Part shown: positions 61,401 to 64,000 of the stretch, piece after piece
How the letters are laid out: every line of letters starts with the position of its first letter
Position numbering within the stretch: position 1 is the first letter of the stretch
Assembly (NCBI RefSeq): GCF_046119375.1
Contig: NW_027362763.1
Span: 740,032,001 to 740,096,000, forward strand
DNA from: Phyllobates terribilis
Taxonomy: Eukaryota
Direction: 5' to 3'
DNA length: 64,000 nt
Program-made: the position numbers and the translations under genes
Notes under the pieces: generated by a model
Database searches by the model: none
Seen by the model: only the letters and a program-made list of their open reading frames with translations
Told to the model about the DNA's origin: nothing

Positions 61401-61741
61401 CTCCATTTCTTTTTATATTTTTTTTTATTACACTTTACAGCCATTCCAAGTAAAAGTTCAGAGATGTCCCTGGTGAGCGGTGAAGAGGAGCTGTTTGCAG
61501 CAGCACATATACTCTGCTGATTGGGGTCGGAGGTGATCGGAGATGAACCATCATCATTGGTCTAATATAGATTTCCTATCCTAAGACTATAGCATGGGGA
61601 AAAAAGTGACCAATCTCGCTTATTCCTGTGGAATTCATGCAAAGGTCGTCAATTTGCATTAATCTTTTTTATGGCAGGGGCAGACAGCCGTAGATTCTCT
61701 CATCTGAGAATCAAACCGATAATGCAAATCATGCTCATGCA

Positions 61742-61860
61742 GGCAGTGTGGCTGGCCGGCCGGCCTCCCGTCCCGGCAGTGTGGCTGGCCGGCCGGCCTC
61801 CCGTCCCGGCAGTGTGGCTGGCCGGCCGGCCTCCCGTCCCGGCAGTGTGGCTGGCCTCCC
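61742..61860. repeat. 33-bp GC-rich minisatellite, 3.5 units, in COMMD1 intron 1
   Basis: Three copies of ggcagtgtggctggccggccggcctcccgtccc plus a partial copy. Confidence 0.9.
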
Positions 61861-62952
61861 AGGAGCATCTCTTGGATGGGGATAAGATAGAAATAAAGAA
61901 TTTGGTCCTTGTGCAATCCAATGTTTTGTTGGCTTGCACTCGAACGGAAAATATGGTCGTCCGCATGAGTTCTTACACCACGTCTATCATGATGTTTTTT
62001 TGCGCTTTTTGTCATTGAGATCAGAGGATTAAGCATTTAACTTATAACAGCATATGATTTTGAAGTCAGACAATGCTAATTAAAGGGGTTGTCCAGTATT
62101 TACAAGTGATCTCTGATCCTCAGGCTAGATTATAACTATTCATTCCTCTTAGGTCATTAGCGGAACGGAGGGCACGGGTAGGGTGGTAGACAGGGTTGAG
62201 GGAGGAGATGTAGGCGCTGCAGAACTGTGGAGAGCTTTGTGGGTGAAAGTGATAACTCTGTATTATGCTGTGTAGTGAAATGGCTGGTACAGGGTGGAGG
62301 CATCGGTGTAGTGATTGGAGAGGAATATATTCCTGGCAGATTGATATTTAGTTTTGTGAGAGAGCATTCAGTATGATCTATGTTATAATCTTTTAATCCT
62401 CTGCTCTTTTTGGGATTTTCAGTCCCGTGGACGGTTTTATCAGTTAAAAAAAAAAAAAAAAAGCGGTCAATGTTATTCAATGGGGCCTTGCAGATGAGTG
62501 ATTGTTTTCACTCACCGAATTTGGGTGTGAAAAAAATCCCAGGCTGCACTAGTCTTTTCTGATGAGACTCACTCATTCAAGTGTTTGGGTGCGCTAAAAA
62601 AAATTGTATGGCGTACAATTATGATGGATACATTGTAATTCTGTAAGATAGGAAACTGTAAATGATTAATAGCTGCTGCTGTAAAAAACGGATTATACAC
62701 AGATGACAAGTGAGAGAAAAAATTGTCCCGAGTTTTCAGGATGAGACCATGAACGATTTATTATAGGATTCTGTGAACTCTGCCTTACTGGGAAAACTTT
62801 CGCTGCCCTTCTATATTTCTGTCTCTAGATGGCAGCAACGAGTCACAAAACTTATCAAGTGACGCATAGAACAGTGAGAACTTCAAGGAGAACTAAACCT
62901 CTATGCCTGTGATCTGACGCCTGAGAGTCCTGTGCCGCCACAATTACCCTAA

Positions 62953-63340
62953 GGCTATGTGCCCACGTTGCATTTATGAAGCAGAAAATTTCTGCTGCAT
63001 AAATGCAAGTCCTCTCCCGGAAAAACGCATGCGGAATTCCGCACGCGTTTATCGCGCATTTTTCGCGCGTTTATCACGCGTTTTCCACATGCGGAATTGC
63101 CTTGCGTATTTTATGCATTGGACAAAGGCAATTCCGCTTGCGGAAACGCAAAATTAAATGACATGCTGCGGATTTTTGAACGCGGCATAAACGCTGCGGA
63201 AAAATCCGCAGCATGTGCATAGAACTTGCGGAATCCCATTGGGGACCATGGGGTGCGGATATACATGCGTTTTTCAAGCGTTTACGCTGCGGAAATTCCG
63301 CAGCATATACGCTTGAAAAATGCTACGTGGGCACACAGCC
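62953..63340. mobile_element. MITE, about 380-bp TWA-flanked family
   Basis: TAA TSD on both sides; inverted near-identical copy of 33233-33619. Confidence 0.85.
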
Positions 63341-64000
63341 TAAATGTCACTCATTTGTGTATCATAAAAGATAATAAAATAAGGAATTTATCCTCTATTC
63401 GTAAAATGTTACAGCCTCGAGGTATAGGAAGATTTCTCAATAGAAACTGAATGCAAGAGGCGTCCATTAACAACAGTGTTGGCTGGAAAAAAATACAAAT
63501 TTTGCTGTTCAATAACCTTTATTTTATTTTTCTAATATGGTGGCCATATGTAATGGAAAGATCAGTCTGCTACTTGTTTCCGTGCTGCTGAAAAGGGAGT
63601 TTTACCAACATGTTCTGGCCCATTAGAGGCCCATGGAGCCCCGTGGGTTCATACAGTGTATACACGGGAGGCTTCTGCCAAGTTTCATAGTTTTTAAGGT
63701 TGAAAAAAGGCACAAGTCCATTGAATTAAAGTGTAGATCTTAAAGGGGTTGTTCCCTTTCAGTTAATGAATGTCCTCAGCTGCAGGTAATTATATATAAA
63801 AAAAAAAAAAAAAAATGTCCTGTACTTGCCTTCCCCAGGTCCATCAGCAAATCTCCACCACTGTTCCCAGCGTTTGGCTGCGGCCCTGACATCATATCGA
63901 TAGCGCACCAGCCAAGCGGTGAACTCGACCGGGCTGAAGGGAGCGTCCCGCTACACTGGCTGAGCTCACTGATATTTCCAATCAGATACCAGGAACAGCG

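Overview
Vertebrate genomic DNA, not prokaryotic; most likely a frog, inferred from the repeat landscape (TTAA-flanked T2 MITEs, TWA-flanked MITEs, a tRNA-headed SINE, DIRS). I reconstructed four spliced host genes by hand from GT-AG boundaries and recalled orthologue sequences: ASB3 (minus, 5' part only), CHAC2 (plus, complete, 184 aa), CCT4 (minus, complete, 14 exons, 542 aa) and COMMD1 (plus, exon 1 only). The rest is mostly mobile DNA: a full-length, nearly intact DIRS1-like tyrosine-recombinase retrotransposon (14232-19729), two decayed and two fragmentary Tc1 elements, many MITEs, two SINEs and several tandem arrays. The most interesting observations are: (1) the DIRS copy has gag and pol in one open frame and an apparent 68-nt spliceosomal intron in gag; (2) an inverted repeat in CCT4 intron 11 carries degenerate minimal hammerhead-ribozyme cores of Penelope type; (3) a 2.7-kb 47-bp satellite, demonstrably expanded from inside a MITE, sits between the divergent CCT4 and COMMD1 genes; (4) a SINE has its Pol III A-box head amplified 11 times; (5) CHAC2 and CCT4 are neighbours, with no recognisable ERLEC1 or FAM161A between them. 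No searches or folding programs were run, so family names rest on motif recognition. I found no clearly new multi-gene system; the novelty candidates are element-level.
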